Source: Balamuthia mandrillaris
Lineage: Eukaryota
Direction: 5' to 3'
Length of the DNA: 64,000 nt
NCBI GenBank assembly: GCA_031835245.2
Contig: JAVKOQ020000062.1
Span: 1-64,000 of the forward strand
Shown: positions 14,124 to 25,836 of the stretch, piece by piece
Layout of the letters: every line of letters starts with the position of its first letter
Numbering within the stretch: position 1 is the first letter of the stretch
The notes under the pieces: model-generated
Seen by the model: only the letters and a program-made list of their open reading frames with translations
Told to the model about the DNA's origin: nothing
Database searches by the model: none
Made by a program: the position numbers and the translations under genes

Positions 14124-14388
14124 AACCTCCACTGCCACCAATAGCTAGGATATTGGCCGCCTTGAGAGCTCAAGCAGCCAGGTTTCTTCACAAATACAAC
14201 AAGCCATTGGCGTTCATTATTGATAATGTCAACCACTTAGCAACCAAAGACCCAGAACTTCTGCATTTACTGCAAACATTTGCAAAGGACCATGCTGATC
14301 AAAAAGATATAAAAATAATTTTTATATCCAACTGGCCATGTATTGGAGATTGGTGATTTGGATGAAATAAAAGCCGAAAAGTCTTTAA
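14124..14388 (+). pseudogene. Fragment of a P-loop/AAA-type ATPase gene (Walker B region only)
   Basis: PLAFIIDNVNHLATKDPELLHLLQTFAKDHADQKDIKIIFIS, then out-of-frame EIGDLDEIKAEK. There is no start codon or Walker A, and the fragment is cut off at the repeat terminus at 14389. Confidence 0.45.
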
Positions 14389-14509
14389 CACAGTACAAAC
14401 ATAAAGGAGAATCTCCTTTTGGAAATTTGAAAGGGTAAAATATATTTTTTTAAATAATTTTCCAAAATCAAAAATAATTTTTTTCTGAAATTTATTATTT
14501 TATGAAAAT

Positions 14510-15410
14510 TAAAAATAATTTTTTGTATCAAAAATGTTTTTTTATTATTTTTTATAAAGTGAAAAAAATTAACTATCACTGTGTAGATACATCTCTATAT
14601 AAAAGATGTAACTTCTCATTTAAGTAAAAGTAGTAGTAGTAGTAATAAGAAGTTTATTTGCTCTGAGAGCAACACCAATCTATACATAAAAAGTAAGCAT
14701 TGTACATACATAGTGTACTCTTACTTCTCTTACTCCCTCATCCTCAATGCCTTCCCAATTGTTATGTTAGTTCACAAGTGAAAGGTGTTGAATGAGTAAA
14801 AGTATAATTTTTTCTAATCAAAAAATACCAAAAAATTACACTTTGTGACATGTCAACATATATTACCCAGTACTTTCAAGTTTTTCCAAAATACTTTTTT
14901 TCCCACTTGTTCTATGTGAGAAAATATGGATAAACCCAGAAATTTGGAAAAACTTGATTGTGCATGGTAATATATATAGCTACATCAGTTGATATAATAA
15001 GATTGCAATACTTCCACTTTCAAAACAAAGAATTGGGACAAAACATGATGGCCCAATATTCACCTACAATAGTTGTAAAATGCAACACAGATCAATGAAA
15101 GAAGGAATTATAAAAAGAGAGTTCAAAGACAAGAGAAATAAGAAAGGAGCAAAGCAAAGCAAAGCAGAGCAGAAAGAAGAGAAATGGAGGGAAAAACAAC
15201 AAAACAAAAAAAGAAACAATTTCTTTTTCTTCTTCTTTAACCTCTTTCCTTACACAATTAGCTGTCTGCTTTATAGAGAGTTTCTTTTTCTTTAGCTTTC
15301 ACTTTTTTAAGGAGGATGTTAGCTGCACCATATGATGCAGATCAACTCTTTGATCAATTGTGATTACAACACTAATTTAATTTTTCTATTTCTTCTTTCT
15401 TCACTTTTTT
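14510..15410 (+). repeat. Left arm of long inverted repeat (partner 21421-22300)
   Basis: For example taactatcactgtgtagatacatctctatataaaagatgtaacttctcattt (14570-14621) pairs with 22169-22220. The segment ttagctttcacttttttaaggagg...gatcaactctttgatcaa (15292-15357) pairs with 21476-21540. Confidence 0.85.
14633..14794 (-). mobile_element. 5'-truncated copy (3' UTR + (TAC)n tail) of the LINE at 22302-27221, with 10-bp TSD
   Basis: Near-identical to 22303-22462. Flanked by agtaaaagta at 14623-14632 and 14795-14804. Absent from the homologous right inverted-repeat arm. Confidence 0.9.
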
Positions 15411-15555
15411 ATAACACAGTATAAACAAAAAGGAGAATCTCCTTTTGGAAATTTGAAAAGGCAAAAAATAATTTTTTAACTATTTTTCCAAAATCAAAAA
15501 TAATTTTTTTTTCAAATTTTATTAATAAGGAAAATCATAAATTATTTTTTCTCTA

Positions 15556-15862
15556 TGTAACAGTGATCACGTCCCCTTGTGTTTATTTGTAAGAGGGGAT
15601 ATGTGTGTAACAGTGTAAGTCTCTCTGTATACAGAGAGCTCAGGTGAGCAACGATGCTCACACACCTTTATATCTTTCTCTAAGGTGAGCAACGATGCTC
15701 ACACACCTTTATATCTTTCTCTTCTGTTGAGGGTTCTAAGTGATTCTCTCTTGTTTCTCCATGTTGTCATATTCCGCTGTCAATGGTTGGTCACTGCTTG
15801 ACTTCGATGCAGCTGACTCTATTCTTGTAGACTTATGTGACGTGTCTGTCGACACCATCACA
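15556..15862. mobile_element. Probable solo LTR (TG...CA) with 4-bp TSD tcta and an internal ~40-bp tandem duplication
   Basis: tcta|TGTAACAGTG...CACCATCACA|tcta. Higher GC than the flanks. aggtgagcaacgatgctcacacacctttatatctttctc occurs twice (15642-15721). Confidence 0.7.
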
Positions 15863-15945
15863 TCTAAATGGAATAGTATTTTATAAATATTAAAGAAAAC
15901 ATTTTTATTATTGTTATTTGAAAGTTGATATTTCAAAAACAGAAT

Positions 15946-18270
15946 TTAATTGTCTTTTCCTTTATCTTTTTTTGATTTGGTTGATTGAGAAGATGTGTTG
16001 CTATCAGAATCTAAAAAATCCTCATCACTATTATTATTGTTCTTTTTACTTTCTGTATCTTCTTGTTCTTCTTCTTCTCTTTCTTCTTCTTCTTCTTCTT
16101 CTTCTTCTTCTTCTTCTTCTACTTCTTTACTTTTATCTTTTTCATTTTGTTGTGCTTTTGATTTTTTGTGGTTTTTGGGGGGAAGCTTTGGAAGTTCTTC
16201 GTCTTCTTCTTCAGATTGATTACTATCTTTTGGAACTTCATCATCTTCATCATCTGCATTTTTTGGTACTAAATCTTCTTTTAGAACTTTTTGTTTTTTC
16301 CAAGCATTTAAACCTTTTTGTACCTTGTTTCTATCCAACACAGTGGTTGCTGATAATTTTGCATGCTCTGCTAAGTTTGTGACTCCAGAACCAGGAAACA
16401 AGGCCACAAAGTGACGCATTGCTAACATTGATAATTACCAATAGAAACAAGGAAAGGAAAAACAAAAGGATGAACTTACTTTCCAAACAAACTGCAGGCA
16501 AACAACCTGTTGTGGGATTAAAGGCCAACACCACATCTTTAGGCTCTGTGAATGTGTTCAGCAAATAACGATACACATTTAAAGGAGGAACAGGAGAAGA
16601 AGAGAGATTCGCCTGATCAGCCACTTGTCCTTCCTGAGCTTGAGGTCCCTTGATTGGAATCACCACTGAAGTTGGTTGCCATTGCAATGAAGGTTAGTTT
16701 ACCTTTACCCATATGTCTCCAAGGCCAACTGAGAAGAAGTAATCGAACTAGAATCATCCTGCAACTGTGTTTGGCCTTTGTTCCACACTGCTACAAAGAT
16801 GCCATTCTCACACCATTGTGGTTTGTTGTTATGGTTGGAATGGTGAGGTTTGTACCCAAAAACAAGAACTGTTTCTAGCTTCAAGTTAATCAAAAGCTGA
16901 CGTTGCTTTTGTTTATAGACATTGATTTGATTCATGGCCAAGTGCAAGTGATTATAACGGGTAGTTATCAACAAAACCCTTTCCACATGATCTGGGAAGA
17001 ATGAGAGAAAATTAGACAGACAGCAATCTGAGTTCTTTGGAAAAAATAACCCAAAAAAGACTTACTTTGGCAGTGTACTCCCAAGGAATCAAGCATCAAG
17101 GGAGCATGTGTTGGTAAATTATCATAAATGATCACTTTGAACTTAGTAGGAGGTCTGCCACGATGATGGTTTTTTGCTTTTTTGGCCTGGTGTTTGGAAG
17201 AGGTCTTTGGTTATTGTTTTTTGCTTTTTCTTTTTTTTTTCCTATCAATATCATGAGATGGTTTTGGTGAAGGAGGTGGAGAGGGTTGAGGTGTAGTGGT
17301 GTTTGAGTGGAATGGAGGAGAAGCTGGTTCATCGGAGGGTATGTGTTGCTAGCAGCAAGGAATGAATGAAAGATAGCAAAAGGAAATGTTAACTAAACTT
17401 CAATGCCATAGAAATCAATACACTTTAGAAAAGGCATACTTGAATTGCCTGATGAAAAGCAGTATCTCCAGATAAGCGTTGTTTCTCAAAGAACTCTTCA
17501 TCATACTCGCCACTGTTCACCTGATCTTGGACTTCCTCCAAGTGGGCCAAAGGAATCTCTTTTTCAGTATGATACAATTCCAGTTCTTCATGCATAGCTT
17601 TTCGACCAATGTGTTTCCACATCTGCATGTATGCATGTTTCATGAGGAAAAGTAGTAGTGACAAGATAGAGAAAGAAAAGATTGCAATGCAGCTTACCAA
17701 TCTTTTGAAGTTGGTTACAGAACATTCTTCCTTGGGTCCTCGAGGTGCCTTGCCCATAATCTCTTTCAAGGCTGCCAACAAGGTTTCATCTGATAAGGAG
17801 CTTGGCATTTTCTCTCTGAAATGGTAAGGAGTAAACACCCAGCCCACCTTCTCTTTGTCCTTCTCCTGAATATAACTCCAAGACTCTGGGAATTTCTGCA
17901 TTTTGTTTGCCACTGTTTTCAAACATCGAACATGATCAAAGGTGAGAGCATTATGGGCATCTTGGGAGGCAGTTTGCGAATTCTAAAATACAAAACCCAC
18001 CCAACACAAAAGAGAGAAAATGAGCAATCATTTCAGAAAGCTTGCCTGCAACCAAAGAAGGCCTACCAGATAATGGAACAGCTCCTCTGGTGTTTTTGTG
18101 AGATGATTGTACACAAAACGGACCATATCCCATTCTGTCTCTTGATTGACTCCTTTGGACAACACCAGGTTGTCCCAGGCAGACAACTTCCAAGAAATAT
18201 GAGTAAATCACCCTCCAAGCAACGATTGCTTTTGGCTGGTCATCTGGTTTGTTACAAAGCAATCCAATTA
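15946..18270 (-). pseudogene. Intron-containing transposon-associated gene with degenerate amino-(N6A/N4C) DNA methyltransferase-like C-terminal region and acidic tail
   Basis: PPLNVYRYLLNTFTEPKDVVLAFNPTTGCLPAVCLE...RHFVA resembles the KP..L...LI..FT..GD.VLDPF.GSG.T..A....R.FIG block. Upstream FKVIIYDNLP (~17115-17145) sits where a DPPY-type motif would be in beta-class order. The 5' end abuts the transposase fragment. Confidence 0.45.
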
Positions 18271-19320
18271 TGGCTAGCCCTTTCCAATAAGAAGTTTTAT
18301 GCCTGCATGGACTTGTGGAAAACAGGAGCCACTTTACCTCTTCATTGCAATTGTGGCCTGGTTTGGCACTCCACCACCTATTCGCAAACCAAAGCCTGGC
18401 TCACAGTGTACTTTGCCAATATGGGAGAATCCTTGCCAAACTCTGAAGTCATTCAGATTCCAATGATATTGAATCAAAAAGCCTTGTATCAAGAAATGGT
18501 ATTAAGCCTGGGACATGATCAAAGCATCAGTTATGCATGCTTTTTGCAAATGTTGCATGAAGATTTCTCATATGTTCATTTTTCCAAGGTAAGCTTTGTT
18601 TGTTAAGAGAGTTTGTCAAAAGAAAGGAATGATTCATTGTTTTTATTCTAACAACCTGTTGATGGATAATTGTTATTGCTTTCTGTATTAACAAACCAGA
18701 TTAGGAAAATGTGATCAATGTGCTCAGCTTCTAGTTCGTTTTAAACAATGCAAGAGTGTGGAGGCATTGCAAGGCTTACAAAAGGAATGAAGTGATCATT
18801 TGCACTTTGTTCATTTACACAAAAAGAAGTATTACAAGCATCATGCTAAAGCCAAAGCCTCTCCTTTCAAATACATTTCCATCATTACGGATTATACAGA
18901 GGCCATTCCTCTTCCCCATCATCATACTCCCCCAAAAGGCTGAACCATCAAAAAGTTTATCAGTGTCTCTTGTTTCGGACTGATAGATCATGGGCATCAT
19001 CATCGTTATCTGTGTTATCATTTTGATCAGTGGTCACATGATGCCAATTTAGTAATCAGTCATTTATTTTACTTTCTCATGCAAACATTATAACAACCCA
19101 TTCAAGCCCATCCCAACCAAACCCTCTACCTTCAAGCTGACAACTGCTACAAAGAAAACAAAAACAAGTATTTATTGGCCTTTTTATGTTGGTTGGTGCA
19201 TCTCAAGATGTTTTCCAAGATCTAACTTTGCTTTTTGCCACCTGGACATACTCATGAAGATGTAGATCAAATGTTTTCCACCTTTCGTAAAGCATTACTC
19301 AAATTTGATATTGAAACTTT
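18270..19320 (+). pseudogene. DDE/D transposase relic (DNC..ENKN / GHTHED.DQ.F family, Sola-like)
   Basis: KAWLTVYFANMGESLPNSEVIQIP...FSYVHFSK, intron, RLGKCDQC...YISIITDY, TLYLQADNCYKENKNKYLLAFLCWLV (19120-19200), FLPPGHTHEDVDQMFS (19232-19279). Several in-frame stops, and the N-terminus is missing. Confidence 0.8.
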
Positions 19321-19569
19321 GTATTTTGTTTAATGTTTAATAGTAGATTTTTTATATTAAATGTCTTAAAATAATGCTTTATAAACAATAATTTTTAGAA
19401 CTTAAAAAAGGTTCTCAAGCCATAAAAAATATTTTTAGAAATTAAAAAACATTTTTTTTATTATTTTTGTTAAAGGAAAAATATTATTATTTTGACTGAA
19501 AATTAATTTTTAAGAAAAATATTTTTTTTAAGACCTGAAAAATATTTTTTTTGCCATATAATAATACAG

Positions 19570-20790
19570 AAAAATCACCTCAACAGACAGCAATCACCAT
19601 TAGTCCATACAATAGGTGCTGTTTGCACACACTGCAAAACACACAACTACACAGAAGGTCAGTGCCAAAAAAAGGCCTGCAGGCTACAATGGCAGTCTTC
19701 TCAAGCAACGTTTGCTATGCCAGCCTCATCTTCTGCTCCTGCAACATGCAACCCCACTTCAACACTGCTGCATCAAACACATGCACAACTACCAGCACAC
19801 CAGTCGTCTTCCAGCTCACGTTCCCTCAACTCCATGGCTTCTACACAGCAACAGAGCAACACACCTGCTCTTACTGCTGAGCAGCAAGACTCTATTGGCA
19901 ATGAGGAGGAATACAACGAGTTCTATGAGTCACAACGGGCTCTCAACTCTATCACCATCACTGATGATATGCCCAGACCCAACAATCCTATCTGCACCCC
20001 AATGACCATCAACAGCTGTTGTGTTACTGCAGTCATAGACTCTGGCACCAGCCACTCCTTTATGGACCCTTCTATTGTTGACTTAGTTCGTGCCAAAACC
20101 AAGCAAGCCAACTACACAGTCAAACTCAGACACTGCGAAACCACTGCTACATGTGCCTCTGAAATGGAGTCACTCGCTATTGGCTTCAGTGATTGCTGTT
20201 TCCATCACATGTTCTCCATATTGCCTCAACCCGATGGTCAATTGATCATCCTGGGCTACAACTTCATGCACAAGTCTGGCATGGGCATAACAGACATTCC
20301 AATCGACTACCCTGAGGAACCACTACCCCACTCCAAGGACCACAACATCACCTGACGCCAACATTAACGTTTGGTGAAAGCTGTCAAGGAACACATCCAC
20401 AAGCATATTCTTGAAGCCATTGAGAAATACCTCCAGGAGAATGAGGCTCTACTGACAGGACCTTCCTGTACCCTTCCTGAAGTAGTTCTCCATCTGGACA
20501 CTGGAGATCACCCTCCTGTCTTTCGCCACCAATACTCCATCCCACACCATTTAATGCTCATAATTGATTTGCAAGTGACGGAATGGCTGCATACTAGCAT
20601 CATCGTGCTCACCCCACCTGACAGTCCCTGGAACTCTCCTCTCACCATCGTGGAAATGAGGAGTCTTGAGATAAGTGTTGGTAAAATCACCAACACTTTT
20701 CACTCCATCATGTCCTTCCTTTATTCTCTTGAATACACTTCTTGTCTTGTCACCAACTCTTTTATTCTTGAGGTTGGATTCAACCAACAA
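19570..20790 (+). mobile_element. Degenerate Ty3/gypsy fragment (family C): gag end, protease, start of RT, LTR piece
   Basis: AVIDSGTSHSFM protease motif and HLDTGDHPPVFRHQYSIP...SPWNSPL (RT start). Homologous, in inverted orientation, to 31030-31560. Confidence 0.8.
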
Positions 20791-20974
20791 CAGTATCTTG
20801 GTGGGCCTCATCACTGGTTGTACCTTTGTGGATCATTGAGGAGCATCATTGGATGTATGTTTTTTCAGTTCTTTCTTTTTCTCTCTCTCTCTCTCTTTCT
20901 TGTGACAATCCTGTTTTGTTTTTTATTCAACTTCATAAATTTTTTGGAAAAAAATAAATAATTGAAAAAACAAA

Positions 20975-21545
20975 CAGAGCTGCACCATACAGCACAGCTC
21001 ATTACTTATATTACAATAAATAAGTACAATAATTTGATGGATAAATTTGTGTTTTTTTGGTACATATCTCGCTATAACTATCAACATGGAAAGTTATATG
21101 ATCAAAGAACCGATCTGCGCCATACAGTGCAGGAATGGGCCTCCTTACAAAGTGAATGATAAGTGAGAACAATAGAAAAACTAAATTAGTTTGTTATAAC
21201 AGTTGATCAAATATAACTAATCTGTATTGCATGGTGCAGCTGTCACCTTCTTTAGTTTGTAATCACAATTGATCAAAGAATTGATCTGCACCATATGGTG
21301 CAGCAACATCCTTCTTAAAAAAGTGAAAGCTTAAAAGGTAAAATAACTAAAGTAGTCTGTAATCACAGTTGATCACAGAATTGATTTGCACTACACAAAG
21401 CAATCATTACTTTCTTTTCTTAAAAAAGTGAAGAAAGAAGAAATAGAAAAATTAAATTAGTGTTGTAATCACACTTGATCAAAGAGTTGATCTGAGCTGT
21501 ACGGCGCAGCCAACACCCTCCTTAAAAAAGTGAAAGCTAAAGAAA
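20975..21545 (+). repeat. Degenerate tandem array of ~70-110-bp units (subterminal repeats)
   Basis: Recurrent tgatcaaagaa(c/t)(c/t)gatctgc.ccat.tggtgcagc...ttaaaaaagtgaa at ~21100, 21204, 21270, 21370 and 21477. Confidence 0.65.
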
Positions 21546-22300
21546 AAGAAACTTTGTATAGAGTAGACAGCTAATTATGTAAAGAAAGAAGTTAAAGAAG
21601 AAGAAAAAGAAATTGTTCAACTACCATCAAGAACTTTGGTTGGTGGTAATAGAAAAGCAAGTGCATTGGCTATTATGCTTTCATTTCCATCCCATGCAGT
21701 GGGTCTTACAATGAAAAGAAAATGGAAACCAAGCTCTGGGTCAATTATCAAGTTTTTAACCCTCAAGGCACTCTTCAATGGTCACACATGTTTGATAAAG
21801 AGATTAGTTTTTCCTTTTCTCATTCTTTTCTTCTTTTCTTTTTTTGTTGTTTTTCCCTTTATTTCTCTTCTTTCTACTCTGCTTTGCTCTACTCTGCTTT
21901 GCTTTGCTTTGCTCTTTTCTTATCTCTCTTGTCTCTGACCTTTCTCTTTTTTATAATTCCTTCTTTCTCTGATCTGTGTTGCAATTTTACAACTACTGTG
22001 ACTGTAGGTGAATATTGAATTATCATGTTTTGTCCAATTCTTTGTTTTGAAAGTAGAAGTATTGCAATCTTATTTTATCACCTGATGTAACTATAAATAT
22101 ATGTTGACATGTCACAAAGTGTAATTATTTAGTATTTTTTGATTAGAAAAAATTATACTTTTATTCTCAAATGAGAAGTTACATCTTTTATATAAAGATG
22201 TATCCACACAGTGATAGTTAATTTTTTTTTGACAAAAGTGAAAAAAAAAATTTTTTGTTAAATAATAAAAAAACATTATTTTTGATACAAAAAATTATTT
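21421..22300 (-). repeat. Right arm of long inverted repeat (partner 14510-15410)
   Basis: Reverse-complement match to the left arm, with a ~200 bp extra segment at ~21620-21830 and without the LINE-tail insert seen in the left arm. Confidence 0.85.
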
Positions 22301-22530
22301 TTAGTAGTAGTAATAAAAGTTTATTTGCTCTGAGAGCAACACCAATCTATACATAAAAAGTAAGCCTTGTACATACATAGTGTACTCTTACTTTTCTTAC
22401 TCCCTCATCCTCAATGCCTTCCCAATTGTTACTCAATTCACAAGTGAAAGGTGTTGAATGAGATTTCAGACCAACTTTGTATCATCTAGCTATCCTTTTC
22501 TTTCCCTTTCCTTTTTCCTCTTTTCCTTGC

Positions 22531-25500
22531 TTACATTACTTCCAAAGACTGATAAAATGCAAAAGAACTTCCATGCTTCCAACTTGCTCTTGCTGCCCAT
22601 AATCTCCAGACTCGTTTACAACTTTGCTTACATTGTTCCATCTCTTGAGCTCTGTTACATTTCTTTCCACTTGACAGGAGCTTTGTTGTACAGTCTTCTA
22701 TAATCAGCTTTCTGACTTGTTCTTCACTTCCATTGTCCACACTCCAGATTCTAAAGCGATCTTCCCAAAGGTTAGGACACCTTAACAGGAAGTGTTCTGC
22801 TGTTTCTTCCTCAGCATCACAAGCAGGGCACTTGCTATCCACCTCAGACTGCTGAATGGATCCCCACTTTTTTCCAATAGGCAGTCCACCACAGCGAATA
22901 GCATTCAGCAAACGTTCTTTCCTTGGGTTGGTAATCACTAAGCTCCGTTGTTGTCCAACCAAACATCTTCCATTTGTCAAGAAGTTATGCCATAGCCATG
23001 CTCTTGTTCCTCTTTCTCCTTCAGCTGCATACTCCATCTTGGCTACTCGAGTTAAGGCCCTCATCCTCTTGGCTTTCTTTTCAACAACTGTCGTTCCGGC
23101 ACCTCCCTCACCTTCATTCTTCTCCCCTTCCTCTTCACTTGCTTGGCTTACCTCTTCAAGTAGCTCAAAGTGGCCATCTTGCCTCTCAGCATGATGAATT
23201 ACTGCTTGTCTTTCCAACTCACAGTAGGCCTTGATGGTCAACCAGCCCAATTCTGCTCTACAAACCCCCGCCACAGTCCTTCGATGAACTTGCAATACAC
23301 TTCTTGCTGTCTCATTCCACACTGCTTCGATCTTCTTCCACCATTATTTGGAAAGCTCTGTCATACATAATCCATATGACAAGGTAGACTTGACAATAGC
23401 CTCTGCAGCAATCTGGGCAGTGCGTGTACCAAGGCCTTGGGCAATGGCTCCCCGCTGCCTAAGGCTGTAGAGGGCTTGCTTGGCCTTGGTGATCCTCTCC
23501 TTGGCATGAGTTGTCCATTCCCCACTTTCTTCAAACCACAGTCCCAGGTACTTGGCCTCCTTCACCCGTTTCACCGCCTCCCCCTTCAGTCTCCACTCTT
23601 GAAAATGAGCCTTCTTTCCTTGTACTAGCACCACTGATTTCTTTGCATTGAACTGAAGTCCCAGAGCATTCACTGCCTCCACTGCTACATTCAATCTTCT
23701 CTGAAGCTCAAATGGGTCGCTGGCCACCACTGCCAAGTCATCTGCAAACAACAACCAAACATTCCTTGCTTTATCTCCTCTTTCCTTCTCCTCTGCAGCT
23801 TGTAGCTTTCTTGCCACCACATCAATGTATACATTGAACAAGAATGGAGACAAAACTCCTCCTTGCTTAACTCCTCTTTCCACCAGAAATTCCTCTGAAA
23901 GCTGCCCATTCATGCGAATAACACTCGTCATACCATGGTACCACTCTGTAATGATACCCACTGCTGCCTCTTCTGCTCCTCTTTTGCGTAATGTCCTTGC
24001 CAGTATGTCATGGTCAAGCATGTCATATGCCTTGCTGATATCCAACAGAGCAATATAGGTACGTTCTTTGCTTCTCTTCATCAGGCATTTCTTCAACCGC
24101 CACACCTGATCCATGACTCCCCTTCCTTTTCTAAATCCACCCTGGCAATTACTTATCCACCCTTGCTCTCTTGCTTGTATGTTCAATTGTACCAAGATAG
24201 CTCCTTCAAACACCTTGGCTGCATTGCATAGGAGAGTAATACCTCTATAGTTTGCTGGATTCTGGGGATCTCCTGCCTTATGCAAGGGAATAACCACCCC
24301 CTGTTTCCACTCCTTGGGGATTATGCCTTGGTTCTCAATGACCTTGATCAGCGTCCAAGTTGCATCTTGCACATGTTTGCCTCCATACTTCATCATTTCC
24401 CCATCAATATTGTCCACCCCAGCTGCTTTGCCCACCCTCAATCTTTTCCTCCATGCAAGATTAAAACTCTCCTTCTTAAGCCAGTTACTACCAGACCAAG
24501 GCAGTCCTTCTGGACCTGCTTCCTCTCGATGCAAGCTCCCAATGGAAGAATCCTTCCTTCCCAGCTTTGCCCAATGTTCCTTGAAGGCTGCTGTGCTACC
24601 GTGGTGCTCCATAACTGCTTTGGGCTCTGCTCTACGCTTTGCCACTATCCTCCACATGTTGCCGATCCATTTCTGCATTTCCTTGATGTTCTCTTGTCTT
24701 TTCCACTTCATCCAGTCCCATTTGTTGGCTCTCCACAACTTCACAAACCTTTTTCTGAGTTCCACAAATTCCTCTCTGGCCTTTCCATCATTCTTTCCTT
24801 CTCTTAGCCACTGAGCATGGGCTATCGCTACCTGCTTGTTCAAGGATGTTAACTCTGCTGTCCACCATGGCTTCCTTGCCCTGCTTGTTGTTGCTCCTAT
24901 CAGTCTCCTTTCTCTACCAAACCATCTCATTGCACAATCCCACAATCCTTTTTTCCACTTGCTCCAAAGATCTTCAACAGTAGCTGCTCCCTCCCGTGTT
25001 TTCTTGACCATGGCCTTCCATTCCTCTCCTTTGAAGAAACGCTTGCACCCGCGTTTGTACTCCCTCCACCTCCTCTTGCGATCTTCCTCCGAGTAGGACT
25101 TCCACTTCCATCGTTCCATCCAAACCCCGCCACAACTATCTGCTGGGTCCTTCAACTCGACTACCAGTGGTCGATGATCGGTCCAAGCTTGCCATCTGTC
25201 ACCAACTACCTTGCCCGTCCATCTCCATGCTACCACATAGTCCACAATGCTCTTTCGTTTTCCAGCTCTCCATGTAAATACTGGCGCTTCCTCTTCGAGC
25301 TGAGGCAACGAGAGGGCCAGCCTTTTGAAAGCCTCCACCAACACCTTTCCTCTCGCGTTGTAAGTAGATTCACCTCTACCATTCCATCCCTTTCCAACCC
25401 TGGCGTTCCAATCACCTCCAATAATCAGGGGTCTTCCTTCCTTGACCACGTCCAGGATTCTTTTCTCAAACGCAGCCAAGGTGACCTTAAAGTTGTCCAC

Positions 25501-25836
25501 GGTACCTCCTGGGGGGAGATACACTATACCGATTATAAAGATGCAACTCTGTCCCGCCAGTTCCACCCAAGTGGAGTTGGGTGTTCGCCACTCTTTCCTT
25601 TCTCTGATGTTCCCCTTGAAGCCCTCTCGAACAAAGAAACCTGCGCCACCCCTTCCATAGCCACTCCTCCCTGGAGCAGCCCCTCCACCCATCCACCGAT
25701 ACCCCTCCAATCGAGGGGCAACCATCCTCCTATGTTCGCACACTCCAATAATGTCAAATTGCTTACTGTCAGCCCAACAGCTGACCAATTCCTCTTGTCC
25801 CCAGCCCCTAGAGTTGACAAACGCTACTGAAGTCAT
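22531..25836 (-). pseudogene. LINE ORF2: AP endonuclease, reverse transcriptase, C-terminal CCHC zinc knuckle; one in-frame TAA at 23344-23346
   Basis: APE motifs VNSRG, GVCE, GGDWNARVG and TDHRPL. RT motifs NYRGITLL, QGGFRKGRG, LDISKAYD, GVKQGGVLSPFLF, LFADD and KYLG. After TAA the same frame continues to CPACDAEEETAEHFLLRC. Confidence 0.93.

Larger units (their letters stand above)
14389..15550 (+). repeat. Direct duplication of a putative element terminus starting CACAGTA (14389-14520 and 15415-15550)
   Basis: cacagtacaaacataaaggagaatctccttttggaaatttgaaagggtaaaa versus cacagtataaacaaaaaggagaatctccttttggaaatttgaaaaggcaaaaa, each followed by similar A/T tracts. Confidence 0.75.
14389..22300. 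mobile_element. Decayed composite DNA transposon region bounded by long imperfect inverted repeats, with nested insertions
   Basis: AT-rich arms ~14510-15410 and ~21421-22300 are reverse complements. Between them lie a DDE transposase relic and an oppositely oriented gene. The right end is interrupted by the LINE at 22302, so the true boundary is uncertain. Confidence 0.6.

Noticed and set aside
17821..18270. N-terminal half of the 261-aa + strand ORF as part of the transposase
   Set aside because: It is the antisense of the minus-strand gene exons; transposase-like sequence only starts near 18270.
20975..21545. Spaced repeats resembling a CRISPR array
   Set aside because: Units are degenerate, the intervening sequences are related to each other, and they are part of the transposon arm.
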